Shown here piece after piece: positions 9,174 to 19,740 of a DNA stretch of 28,293 bases. The notes beneath the pieces are model-generated. The model was given only the letters and a program-made list of their open reading frames with translations, had not been told where the DNA came from and made no database searches. Origin of the DNA: Prasinococcaceae sp. CCMP 1430 (lineage: Eukaryota > Plantae > Prasinodermophyta); the NCBI GenBank assembly GCA_013416795.1, contig RQSC01000031.1:424767-453059 (forward strand). The letters run 5' to 3'. The stretch's first letter is position 1. Every line of letters begins with the position of its first letter. A program made the translations under genes and the position numbers.

Positions 9174-12100
9174 GGCCGCGGCGACGGCGGCGTACCGCGA
9201 GGGGATCTCCGCGTCGAAGCGCAAGGTGCGGCGCGCGCTCGAAGGCCACTGGGAGAGCGGCAGGAGCCAAGCCGTGGCGGCGCTCGAGGCCGAGGAGGCG
9301 GCGGCCGGAGCCGCTCGCGGCGAGGCCCAGGCGCGCGCCCTCGTCGCCGCGGCCGAGTACGAGCGCAGGAGCAGCGTGCGCCGCGAGGCTGCCGCGGCAC
9401 ACCGGCAAGCCGAGCGCGGCCGCTATGCCGCGGCCTCCGCCGCCTTCGCCGCTGAGCGCACTTCGTCGGCCCTTTACGCGCGTGCAAAGCTGAGCGAGCA
9501 GCGCCGCGTCAACGACGACCGGGAACGCCTGCGTCAGCGAGCAGAGACTCGCGAGCGCGCGGCCAAGGCAAACGCGGCCCAGCCGGTGAGCCCCGACAGC
9601 GTGCTCGCCGCGCCAGTCAGCGAGGAGGACGATGAGTCGGTGCCGTATCATATGCGCGGGCAGTACGTCATTGGCACGACGACCTTCAAGACGCGCACGC
9701 CCGCACCTGCACGCGTGGAGCGCGCCCCCGAGGCCGAGCGCGCGCGCGCCCTTGATGCTCGCGCGGAGGCACAGTACGAGACAGCACGAGCTGGCGCCGC
9801 CCGCAAGGCGGCCAAAATCCACGCGCGCTGGGCGGCATTTCGGGCCGCGGAGCGGTCGACCGCCGCGGCTGTGCGCGAGCATTACGCGAGCGAGGCGCTC
9901 GCGATCGAGGCCGAACTCGAGGCCGCCGAGCGCGCACGACGCGCGGTGCGGGCGGCGAGCCTGCGTGACGCCTTCGGCGAACCTGCGCGCTTCGATGGCG
10001 CCGATGCCGCGCGCATTGAGAAGGAGCAGCACGAGCGCGCGCGCGCCGGAAAGGAGGACGAGAACGAGGAGCCGGTCGTGGAAGAGCCTGCTCTGGGCCG
10101 CCGCCGGCGCGTCCCCGTGATCGAGGGACAAACACGAGGCTATGACAGGATCGCGCCGAGAGCGTCCGCTTCCGCAACGGCCCCGAGACATGCTGCGACG
10201 GCGGACATGCGTTCCGCGATGGCCGCACGTGCCGAAAGGCAGGCACGCGGAGGGGCGCCCGCGGCCGATCCACTGCGCGAGCCGCGTACCGTACGCGCAA
10301 TGGCCCCGCAGACGGCCACGGCGGCGCAGACGCCCGTCGCGCGTGCGTCTCGTGCGCTCGTCGCGGCCCTCGCGCAGCCTGCTGGCACGCGCGAGCAGAG
10401 CAGAGGCGACGCCGGCGTTGGTCGCGCCGCGGCAGACCTTCTCGCGGGATGGGGATCGCGCGCTGGTGCCAGCCCGAGCGCGTCTGAGATAGCCGACGCT
10501 GCCGCCGAGCTTAGCCACGCTGCAAGCGCGATGGCAGGCGGGACCAGCGTCAGCGGCGTGCGTTTCAGCCCTTCCGCTGCATCTGAGGCAGGCACCGCGC
10601 TCGGCACGCCATCTGCGCGCGTCGAGGTGCTTACGGACCGCGACCTCGCCGCGCTCAACGCGCGTCGCGCTGCACAGGGGCGCGCGCCGGTCGACGCAGC
10701 CTCAGCGAGTGTTTCGCTCGCGCGTGGTCTCCTGCCAGTCGACGACCTGGTCGCAGTGAACGTGTCGCGCGCCGCGCGCGGCGAAGGAGCCCTCGGCCGC
10801 GCGGGCGGAGAGCTTGCGCTGGCGGTGGCCGCGCTCGCGCAGGCGCTCTCACCAGAGGACGTGCGCATCGTCAGCGCTGCGAGCGAAGACGGCGCCGCGC
10901 CTCTTGATGCGACGGCTGCCGCTGCGGCCATCATCGCAGGCGACGTGCCAGATACGCAGATCGCACGACTGCAAGCCGCGCGCGCCGCGCGCCCAGGCGC
11001 GTCTCCTCTCGATGTGGACGCACTCAAGCGCGCCGCACATCAGCAAGCGGCAACCACGTTCGCCATTACACCCGCGCGCGCTCATGCAGAGGCGGCGGCT
11101 GGCGTCAGCGTCGGCGCAGCGCCGGCGGCGCTGCCGAAGGCTGCTTCAGGCGTGGTGTCCGAAGGCCTCACGTCATTGGCCACCGCTGCTGGCATCGACG
11201 CTACATCTACAGCTGGTCCTATAAGCTCGGTGGGGCTGGCGGCGCTCAACGTGCACCGTTCAACGCAGGGCCGCACGCTGATGGATGCCCGCGCCGCGGC
11301 TGGGGCACTCGGGAGAGGTTCCCTCTCACCAGGCTCAGTCGCAGCGCTCGCGCAAAGCGCGCCGCCGCCGGGGGCCGCACCGGCGCCCGCCGCCGTGTCC
11401 GCTCCCGTCGAGGCCGCTGCCGCCGCATCGGCGCTCTCAGCGGACGACGTTGCAGCAATCAACCGTGCACGCGCGAAGGCGGCTATGCCCGCAGTCGATG
11501 CCGCCGACGCCGCCGCTGCTGTGGCCACTGGCACGCTCGGCGCGGCCGACGCTGCTGCTGTACAGGCAGCGCGTGCTGCGCGCCGTGCGCCGCCGCTGGC
11601 CGAGCGGCCCGTCGCAGCGTCCGCGCGGCTCGATGCGCTGGATGCGGCTGCGGTTGCCGCCGGCAACTCAGCCACGGGCGCGAACGCGAAAGGTGCGCCG
11701 GTCAGTGCAGCGCAGCTCGCCGCTGCAGCCGCGCTTGGCCGGCTCGGTCCCACTGAGCTCATGGCTATCAACGCTGCGCGGGGGGCGCGAGGTGCAGCGC
11801 GCGTGGACGCTTCGCAGATCGCGGCCGCCTCGCGCGTGGCCCTTGGCTCGGCGGCGGCGGGCATAAGCGCTGCGGACGTCGCGGCGGTGAACGCTTCGCG
11901 CGAGGTGCGTGGGGCGTCGCTGCTGAGGACGTCGAGCGAGCTGGCGGCGCTGGCACTGGTTGGCGAGCTCACCGACGTCGACGTCGCGTCGATGCGCGCC
12001 GCAAGAGATGCTCTTGGCAAGGCCAGCAGCGCCTCGAGCGGCGCACCGCTCGATGCGCTCGACCCCCTCGTGCTGGCTGCTCGCGGCGAGGCTGCGCTCG

Positions 12101-13623
12101 CAGCTGTCACTTGTGATGACATCGGCACGACCCCCGCCACCGCCAACACGGCTGGCCCCAACACCGCGGGTGGCGCGGCCACCGGCGAGGTGGGCTCGCC
12201 GTTTTCCTCGGACGCGCTCGCGCAGTCGGAGAGCACGAGGGTTTTGCAGCGCGCGTACGCTACTGCCGCGCTCAGCGGAGCGCTCGAGGAGGCAGACTTG
12301 GCTGCCATCAACGCGCTGCGCATCGGGCAGGGCCTCACGACGCTCGCGCTGCCGGACGTCGCCCAGGCGCTCGCCGCGGGCGAACTTCCCAAGGAGGAGG
12401 CCAACGCACTCGCAGCTCGGCGAGTGGCGGACGGCAGAGCCACGCTCGACGCCGCCGGTATTATCGCGGCGGCCGCGCGGCAGGCCGCCGAGGCCGCCGC
12501 TGCCCAGTCCGACCCGGCGGCGGCGGACGCACTCGCGCTCGTTGCCTCGCCTGCAGGCGGTGCTGGCGCTGGCGGCGTCGGCGCTGGCCTCAGCGCCGAC
12601 CTGCAGGTCGACTTGGCGACGCTCGACTCGATGCTTGGCAACCTTTCCGAGATGTGCCACAACCTCAACGTGCGCAGCAACGCCGCAGCCTCCACGCCGC
12701 TACCGGGCCCGGCCACCGGCGCCACCCGCGGGTCGGTCGACGACTCAAACGTGTCCACCAGCCTCGCGGACGAGTCGCTCGAGAGCCTGTTGCAACTCGC
12801 GAGCGAAACGCTGGCGCCAGGCGGTGTGCAGCAGGAAACGCCTGGCGGGCGGGCGCTCCGCGAGAGCGCCGTCCAGTCGCTCGGCGGTGACGATTCGCTC
12901 GAGCGCGCGCTTCTCGAGCTCGGTGCGCCCACGAGCGGCGATGAAAGCGTTGACGCGATACTCGCATACACGCCCACGGTCGCCGGCGCGCTGGTGGACG
13001 CCTCCGTCGGCGACAGCGTGGGCCTGAGCACCCTGGGCGCCGATGTGAGCAGCTCGGCGGGCTCCGAGCTTGCGGCGCTCGCGGCGCTCGGCGCGTACAG
13101 CGCCAGCGACACAGACGCGTACGCGAGCTTCAGCACGAGCGGCGTGCTGCGCTCATCGATTGAAAGCGGCGCGCTGCGCTCTGCGGGCGTCGGGTCGCCA
13201 TCGAGGGTCGACCAACTGCTCGGCGGTTCCGGTTTCCACTCAAGCACCGAGGCCGACACCACGGAGGCGGAAACAGATCGCGAGGCGGTGACCACGGACT
13301 TCCACACACCGTCCACGCTCGCACCCACTGAGTCGACTGCGGCAACCGCAGGGGGCGAGGCGCTGGGCGCGGCGGAGGGCGCGTTGGTGGAAGCGATGGG
13401 CGTGCTCGCCGATGCGTCCGGGGTGCTCGCCGATGCCTCGGGTGCGCTCAGTGACGTGGACGTGGACGCAGGCAGCGCGCCGCCCTCGCCGCCGCTGGCG
13501 GCGGCTGCGAACGAGGACGCCGGGGAGCTCGCCGCGCCGATGCGCTCGGAGTCGCCACCGCCGCCCGTGCGGCGGCGGCCGGGCCGGCGCCGCAAGCGCG
13601 CTCTGCACGCACCGCGCGAGTGA
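9174..13623 (+). CDS. Large Ala-rich protein, 5'-truncated: coiled-coil N-terminal part (CEP295/DDC8-like?), ~13 internal helical repeats, acidic Ser-rich tail
   Basis: About 1480 uninterrupted codons with protein-like composition and a recurring D-x-A-A-(I/L/V)-N-x-x-R-x-x-x-G motif. Confidence 0.7.
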
Positions 13624-13779
13624 GGCTGCGAGGGGCGCGCGCGGTCGCAACGTAAGCCGATTCCCGCCTGACTGTGCGCGCGCGCGATCGGTCGCGAGCG
13701 ATGCGGCGAGTGCGTGCGCCTGCATGCGTGTGTGTGCGCGCGCGTGCGCGTGTACCCGTTCCGAGTGCAGTGCCGCGTC

Positions 13780-14230
13780 TTACAGCTCGAGAGCGCGGTC
13801 GGCCGCGCGGGGGACGGTCGCCGCGTTGCCGCGCAGCACGCGCCGCGAACCACCGCCCCCACCACCGCGCACGAAGAGCGTCTCGTGGCGCGCGAGGAAG
13901 CGCACAAGTGCCGCGAGCGCCGTGCCGGCGCCACCCCCACCAGTGGCTGCGCTCGCGCACAGTGCAGCGGCTGCGGCGGTCGCTCGTTCGCCGACTCGCT
14001 CGAAGACGGCGGCGCGCGGCGAGTGCCACGCGCAGCTCCAGCGCGCGGCGCCCTCGGCCGTGCCAAATGCGCCCACGCGGCACACCTCAGGCGGCCACGT
14101 GCCAGGCTCCAGCGCGAGCGCGAAGACCGCCACGCCCGGCAGTGCCATCCACAGCGTGCCATGCCGCCGCATCGCGTCGCAAAGTGCGGCGTCGTCCACG
14201 GGCAGCTGCGCTGCGGCGGCGGTGGCGGCG
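13780..14230 (-). CDS. C-terminal fragment of a Mediator subunit MED27-like protein
   Basis: 'LPGVAVFALAL...VGAFG..EG...AVFERVGERATAA...GTALAALVRFLARHETLF' resembles the remembered plant MED27 C-terminal block (VF..I.E.A..A...TAL..LL.W...Y.TLF). TAA at 13780-13782. The 5' end is cut at an AT-rich join. Confidence 0.5.
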
Positions 14231-14289
14231 GGTATTTTCAATTGTATTTGAATGCCAACATACCAGACTTTCATCAAAATAGGTTTTTA

Positions 14290-16287
14290 GCGGCGGCGGC
14301 GCCCGCGCAGGACGCCACGGCGCGCGAGGCGGAGGCGCTGCGCGCGGAGCTCGCGGTGCTTTCTCGCAAATACGCTCTTGCCACGCGTGGACTCGCGGAG
14401 CAGAGCCGCGCGCTCGCCGCCGCGGCCGCGGCGAGGGAAGGCGACGCGGCGCGCATGCAACAGCTCGAGCGCACGGCCAAGGAGGACCCCTCACTGCGCT
14501 ACAAATACGAGCGTGCCAAGCGAGTGCTCAAAGCGCAGGCGGCTGCGATCTCATCGGCGCGCCGCCAGGCGAGTGGGGCTCGCCACGAGCGCGACGCGAC
14601 GGCTGCTGCTGCTGCTGCCTGGCGTGCCGATGCGGCCGCCGCACTCGCCGACGCCCGCGGAGCGATGGGCAGCGCAGCGCAAGAGGCTGTCGACGCGCGG
14701 ACGCAGCTGCTCGAGGCGCTCGGCGATGCCGAAAGGCTGCGAGCGGATGTCGAGGAAAGGGACATCAGGATAGCGCACATGAATGCGGAGGCGCTGCGGG
14801 CCAAGGAGGAGGAAACGGCCGAAGACCTTCGCACCGCAAGTGGGCAGCACGCGAGCAGCAGCGATGACGCCTGCACGCAGACCGACGCGTCCGCACCTGC
14901 GGTCGCGACTGCCGAAGGCGAGTGCGCGGCGCAGTTCGCGACTCCACAAGGGATGCACGCGCAACCGTTAGCGACGCCACACTCACGCGCCCCGGGAAGC
15001 GCCCAGACGCCCTACATGACCCCGATGACGTCGCTGCCAGTGTCAGACGCGGCGGCAATCCGCGGCGTCGAGTACGCACTGTTGGCGGCCGACTCTGACG
15101 CCGCCGAGCTGCACGCGCTGCGGGAGGAGCTCTCTGCCGCATGCGAGGCGTTGGGACTCCAGGTGGCGCCTGGACCAGACGCGGATGCATCAAGAAAGGC
15201 AGGCACAACAGTGTCGTCGGTCGGCGCCAGCGCCATGCTGGAGGCTCTCCTGGTGCGCCTCGGAGAGGAGCGCAGAGAGGTTCTTGCCCTGCGCGAGGCG
15301 CACGCTCACGCGCAATTGTCACCCTCGACGGCACCACCGCCGGAGTGTGACGACCCCGAGCTCGCACCTTCCGATGACCACGCCACGGATGACTTCGCGA
15401 GGGACGCCGCGACAATCGCGAGCGAGGGCGAGGAGGCCACCGTGCCGGATGCTCAAGAAATTCCAGATTCTGATGAGGATACTGCTGAGTGTGAACCGAC
15501 GGCAAACGCGCACACGCCGTCTGTGTGCGCCACGGTGGTGAAGGCACAGTCATGTGCAGCAGTGACGCCCTTGATGCACGACACATCGCGGCGGTCGCTC
15601 GATAGCTCCTCTCCGGAGGCGGACGCAGGCACCCAATGGGGCACGCCGGCCGCGGCCAGCTCTGCGTGGGGCACCCCCGCGACGCACCTCTCGACTCAAT
15701 TGCAATCCGCTCGCGGCAACACATACGGCCTGCGCACGCGCACAGCATCCGTCGATGCGGGTGTGCAAGTTGGCGGGGGCGCTGCACCGCTGTGGGCATC
15801 GACCGGGTTCGCTCCTTCGTCAAGGCGAAGGTCGGCGCCTGTGTGCATCTCCGCCTCCACGCAGACGATGACCGCTCTATCAAGTGATGCGACCGCGCAG
15901 ACACTGGTTGACATGAGTATTCACGCGAGCGCAGATGCTGAGGCCGCTCTATCGGAGCTCGAATCGGCAGCCGTGACGCTCATGACGCCCGGGACGGGTT
16001 GCAAAGACACGCTGGCGATGACGCCTGATACTATCGGCTACTCTCCATCGCATATGCAGAACAGTAGCCAGGGCCACGACAGGGCGCTGGTCGTCGAAGA
16101 GAAGATGTCATCGCTCAAGGATAGGATCAAGATGTTCGACACGAGCAGCAAACCCGTGGGTAAAGAGGCGCAGCTGACCGCCATCGCCCCCGCGCCGAAC
16201 TGTTTTCCCTCGGCGAGCAAAGACGAGGGGGTCCTGGCGAAGCGGAGGCAGCCCTTAGCGCCCCTCGTCAATACAAATCGGGTGTGA
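14290..16287 (+). CDS. Hypothetical coiled-coil / low-complexity protein, 5'-truncated
   Basis: Heptad-rich N-terminal part (EAEALRAELAVLSRKY...LRYKYERAKRVLK), then a T/S/P-rich disordered region ending in RQPLAPLVNTNRV. The 13714-14289 part of the listed ORF does not look like the same protein. Confidence 0.65.
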   Translation, partial: AAAAPAQDATAREAEALRAELAVLSRKYALATRGLAEQSRALAAAAAAREGDAARMQQLERTAKEDPSLRYKYERAKRVLKAQAAAISSARRQASGARHERDATAAAAAAWRADAAAALADARGAMGSAAQEAVDARTQLLEALGDAERLRADVEERDIRIAHMNAEALRAKEEETAEDLRTASGQHASSSDDACTQTDASAPAVATAEGECAAQFATPQGMHAQPLATPHSRAPGSAQTPYMTPMTSLPVSDAAAIRGVEYALLAADSDAAELHALREELSAACEALGLQVAPGPDADASRKAGTTVSSVGASAMLEALLVRLGEERREVLALREAHAHAQLSPSTAPPPECDDPELAPSDDHATDDFARDAATIASEGEEATVPDAQEIPDSDEDTAECEPTANAHTPSVCATVVKAQSCAAVTPLMHDTSRRSLDSSSPEADAGTQWGTPAAASSAWGTPATHLSTQLQSARGNTYGLRTRTASVDAGVQVGGGAAPLWASTGFAPSSRRRSAPVCISASTQTMTALSSDATAQTLVDMSIHASADAEAALSELESAAVTLMTPGTGCKDTLAMTPDTIGYSPSHMQNSSQGHDRALVVEEKMSSLKDRIKMFDTSSKPVGKEAQLTAIAPAPNCFPSASKDEGVLAKRRQPLAPLVNTNRV

Positions 16288-16436
16288 CAGCAACGGCGAG
16301 GTGATGCCACGGGGAGGAATCGACTCGCGCGTGGCGCCACGGCATGCGAGCCCGCCGCGCGAGCATGGCACCGAGATCGCAATAATCTACTTGATTCTAG
16401 CGAGCTAGAGGCTGAGAAAGCGCACTCTTTCAGATA

Positions 16437-17568
16437 TTATAGATGGTCGCCTGGCGCGGCTCCTCGCTCCCCGCGCTCCGCTGCGTCCGCACTGTCGGCC
16501 GCCGTCACTTCGCCGCCGTCACTGTGGAGTTCGCCGCCGCTGCCGTCCGCATCGCTGCCATCTTCATCGCCGTCTTCGAGGGCATACTCGTCAAGCGTCC
16601 GGCTCGCCGCGTTCGATATCTGTGCGAACGCCGGCGTGTCAGCACACGCGAGCTCAGCGCTGGTGCGCACCCCTGCGCCTATGCTAGAGCCGCTGGCCTG
16701 CCCGCCGCACCTTCAGTGTGATCATCGCCGTCGCCGCCACGCCCACTATGTACAAAGAGACCTTGGCCGGCGCCTGCCACGCCGGCGCCTCGGCCACGTC
16801 GCCCCCCTCACCCGCCATCATCGTCGCAACGAATGTCTCGCGCATTGCCGCGCCCATGTAGACGAACACGAAAGTGTACGGCAGCACTCCCAGCAGCGTG
16901 AAGCCCAGGTAGGGGCAGAGATCGACTGCGGTGAGGCCAAAAATGTAGTTTGCGACGTTGAAGGGAATGAAAGGCGACAGACGCATCAGCAGCACCATGC
17001 GCCCGCCCTCGGCCGTCACAGCTCGGTCCACCGCAGCGAAACGCGGGTAGTTGCTGATCACACGCGAGACGTATGGCCGCGCAGAATACCGCGCAAGAAG
17101 GAACGCCGCGGCCGAGCCGGCGAGCGTCCCCGCGATCGCGGCCGCCGCGCCCAACGCGGGGCCGTAGAGTGCGCCCGAGAGGATCACCAGCGCGCTGGCC
17201 GGTGCAAGCAGCAGCGTCGCCAGCACGTACGTCAGGAGAAAGTACAGCACGCCCAGCGCGCCGTTGCCCTCGAGAGCGGCGTCGAGCCGCTGGAAGAGCT
17301 CGAGCGTCGCGGGCCCAAGCGTCGAGTCGGCACGCGTCATGTTGTCCACGAGAAATGATAAGGACAGTAGTCCGGCCACAACGAAGCCCACGCCGACGGC
17401 GGTGGGCGCACTCGCCACGCGCGGAGTCCCACCACCGCTCCTCCGCCCCTCTCTCCGCCTCGACCGCACGTCCGATCGTTCCGCATCACTCGGCGTGCCA
17501 GCTGATCTTCGCCGCGGCGGCGTACGCAGAAAGCTCAGGATCCCGCCGCCGTCGTCATCTTGCCACAT
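16437..17568 (-). CDS. TVP38/TMEM64 (SNARE-associated Golgi, DedA/VTT domain) membrane protein; exons 17568-16711 and 16619-16437
   Basis: P.S.L...SGALYG...G..AAFLLARY, LLMRLSPFIPFNVANYIFGLT and G.LP.T..FVY.G motifs. Phase-0 GT-AG intron 16710-16620 with a CTGAC branch point. Confidence 0.9.
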
Positions 17569-17714
17569 CCCGAGCCCACACCGGCCCCCGCCCCGCCCCT
17601 CACCCCCCCCCCTCCGCTCCCCTCCCTCTGCCCCCCATCCCCATCCCTTCCGGGCCGCGCCGAGCGCGCGTGGCGCTGACGCAGCGCCGCGCAGCGCAGC
17701 GCAGCGGACGCGGC

Positions 17715-18153
17715 CTGGGATTTGGGTTGGATCCCAACTGCGGGCTTTAGGGTAATTATCTCAAACCCTGATTCTTTCCCGCGCCCACCGCGCCCGCGCA
17801 GTGGGCTGGGATTTGGGTTGGATCCCACCAGCGGACGTTAGGGTAATCACTTCAAACCCTGATTGAGTCCCGCGCCCCCCGCACACGCGCGCGGGTGGTG
17901 TTAGGGTTGGATCCCAATTTTCGGACTTTAGGGTGGTCATCTCAAACCCTGAATCTGTCCCGCGCCCATCGCGCCCGCGCGCGGGCTGGGATTTGGGTTG
18001 GATCCCAACTGCGGGATTTAGGGTAATCATCTCAAACCCTGATTCCGTCCCCCCCCCCCTTGGCGCCACCCGCACCCGCGCGTTGGTGGTGTTAGGGTTG
18101 GATCCCAGTTTTCGGACTTTAGGGTTGTTATTTCAAACCCTGATTCCGTCCCC
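17715..18153. repeat. Five-unit ~90-bp tandem array with a conserved core (GGGTTGGATCCCA...TTAGGGT-N8-CAAACCCTGA) and variable GC-rich linkers
   Basis: GGATCC at 17729, 17820, 17909, 18000 and 18100 (spacings 91, 89, 91, 100). Confidence 0.92.
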
Positions 18154-18271
18154 ACCCCACCCCCCGACCTCGCGCCCGGCGCGCGAGCCGTCGCGACTCG
18201 CGGGTGCGGCGTCGCGAGCGCAGCGCTGGCGGGCCGCCTCCCAGGGCCAGTCGGAGGTCGGGGCCGCGACA

Positions 18272-19067
18272 ATGGCCGGCCAGGAGGTGCGCGCTCGCGC
18301 CCGGGCGCTCGCCTTGAGCCGCATGCGTTGCTGAGCCGCAAGCGCGCCCGCATCCTGAGCTGACGTCGCGCGCTCGCGGGGCACACGCGGCGCAGGTGGC
18401 GGGCGACGAGGGATGGGTCCTTAAGAATCTGCGGATGTGGTGTATTTTCTTGCAGGCGACGTGCGCCGGGGTGACGTTGTACCAGACGGTCGCTGCGGGC
18501 GTGGTCGGCTCGTTGCTGCACGACGCGTTCGTCAAGGCGTGGTATTTTGTCGCAGTCGGTGTCGTGGCTGGCGCAATTTATGCGGTTGGCATCGCGGGTG
18601 CCTTCGGCTTCTACCAGCGCATCCTGGGCTTTTACGGGCTCGTCACGCTCGTGCTGTCTGGGCTGTACTTTGTGGGCTTCATCCTGCTTTTGCTCGCAGT
18701 CAACAGCACTTCGGGAGTCGACAAGCTCGTGCAAAACTGCGAGCAATACTGTGGCTCGCATAAGACCTGCACGGTGGGGCAGTGCACGAACTATGTCGAG
18801 TCGATGTCGCCGGCAGCCAACACGGTAGCAGCGATGGGACTCGTTCTGGCCGTGCTCCTCGCGGCGAGCGGACAGCTGGCATTCAAGCTTCGCTGGAACG
18901 CGGGGCGCACCGGCCGCAAGACCGCGCGCATCGGGGTAAGCAGGGCTGCGGGGCGCGCAGGGGCGGGAGCGTACCACCACTTGGGTGTGTTCCCGGAGGA
19001 GGACCCCATCGACACGAGCATCGCCGACATAGAAATGACGGAGCACATTCGTAGGAGCCTCGGATGA
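18272..19067 (+). CDS. Four-transmembrane, tetraspanin-like protein (exons 18272-18286 and 18396-19067)
   Basis: A MAGQE micro-exon splices in phase 0 (GT18287..AG18395, CTGAC branch). Three hydrophobic segments, a loop with 4 Cys, then a fourth hydrophobic segment and a polar tail. Confidence 0.7.
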
Positions 19068-19133
19068 GGTTTGTTTTGTCGACGCGGAGCCGAGCGAGGA
19101 TGCGAGACTGCGAGTTGCGAGAGCCTCTGAGAG

Positions 19134-19156
19134 TCTCTCTCTCTCTCTCTCTCTCT
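19134..19156. repeat. (CT)n microsatellite
   Basis: TCTCTC... run directly visible. Confidence 0.9.
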
Positions 19157-19740
19157 TTCTAGGTGCAAATGACAGTGCTAGCTCGCTACCGGCCCGCGGG
19201 GAGGCGAGGCCCGCTGCTGTCAGTGTGAGCGCGCCACACATGCGTGCGCGCGGCCAAACAAAGTTTGTGTGCGTAGCATCTGTATACAGTACTTTTCGAC
19301 GAGTCGCCTTGTCGTCCGACTGTGACGCGCACAGCAGCTCGCTGTGCCAGCCAGCGCGTGCGGGCGCCGGCGGCCATCCCCGCCGGAGACCGCGCGCCAG
19401 TGAGGAGTGCGCCCCGCCTCAGAGCGACGCCACCACCACATTTTTGTGCCGTTCGCGCATCCGAGACCCGCCTGCCCGCGCGTGAGAGAACCACGAGGAT
19501 CTAGAAACCATCTGATCCGGTCTGGTGGGGTTAGATAACCCGTAGAGTTACGATTTGAACCCGGTCTTTCCTAGTCTAACCCGGTCTTGCGCCTGCGTGT
19601 GACCCGGTCTGGCCATGAAGGGTGGGGTTGTTGGTGGTCGGCGGCTGCCGACTGCGCGCGCGCGCGCGGCGCGCGCGCGCGTGTGGTGGGTGTGGGGGCG
19701 CGTGTGCGTGTGTGTCACAGGGTGCACAGGCGTGCGCGCC

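Noticed and set aside
8361-9455. Complete 364-aa beta-adaptin or a fusion protein
   Set aside because: The ORF crosses an N join at 8668 and loses homology at ~9173. Only an internal fragment is present.
11082-14162. 1026-aa minus-strand ORF and the many other long overlapping Arg/Ala/Pro-rich ORFs
   Set aside because: These are antisense or alternate-frame shadows expected at this GC content, with no recognisable motifs.
13714-16287. Single 857-aa protein
   Set aside because: The first ~190 codons are antisense to the MED27-like fragment plus an AT-rich join. Only 14290 onward looks like real coding sequence.
17715-18153. CRISPR array
   Set aside because: The context is eukaryotic and intron-containing with no cas genes. 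The ~60-bp cores vary between units, and the linkers are related to each other rather than unique spacers.
17715-18153. True telomere or interstitial telomeric tract
   Set aside because: TTTAGGG-like motifs occur singly within larger units, not as a tandem run.
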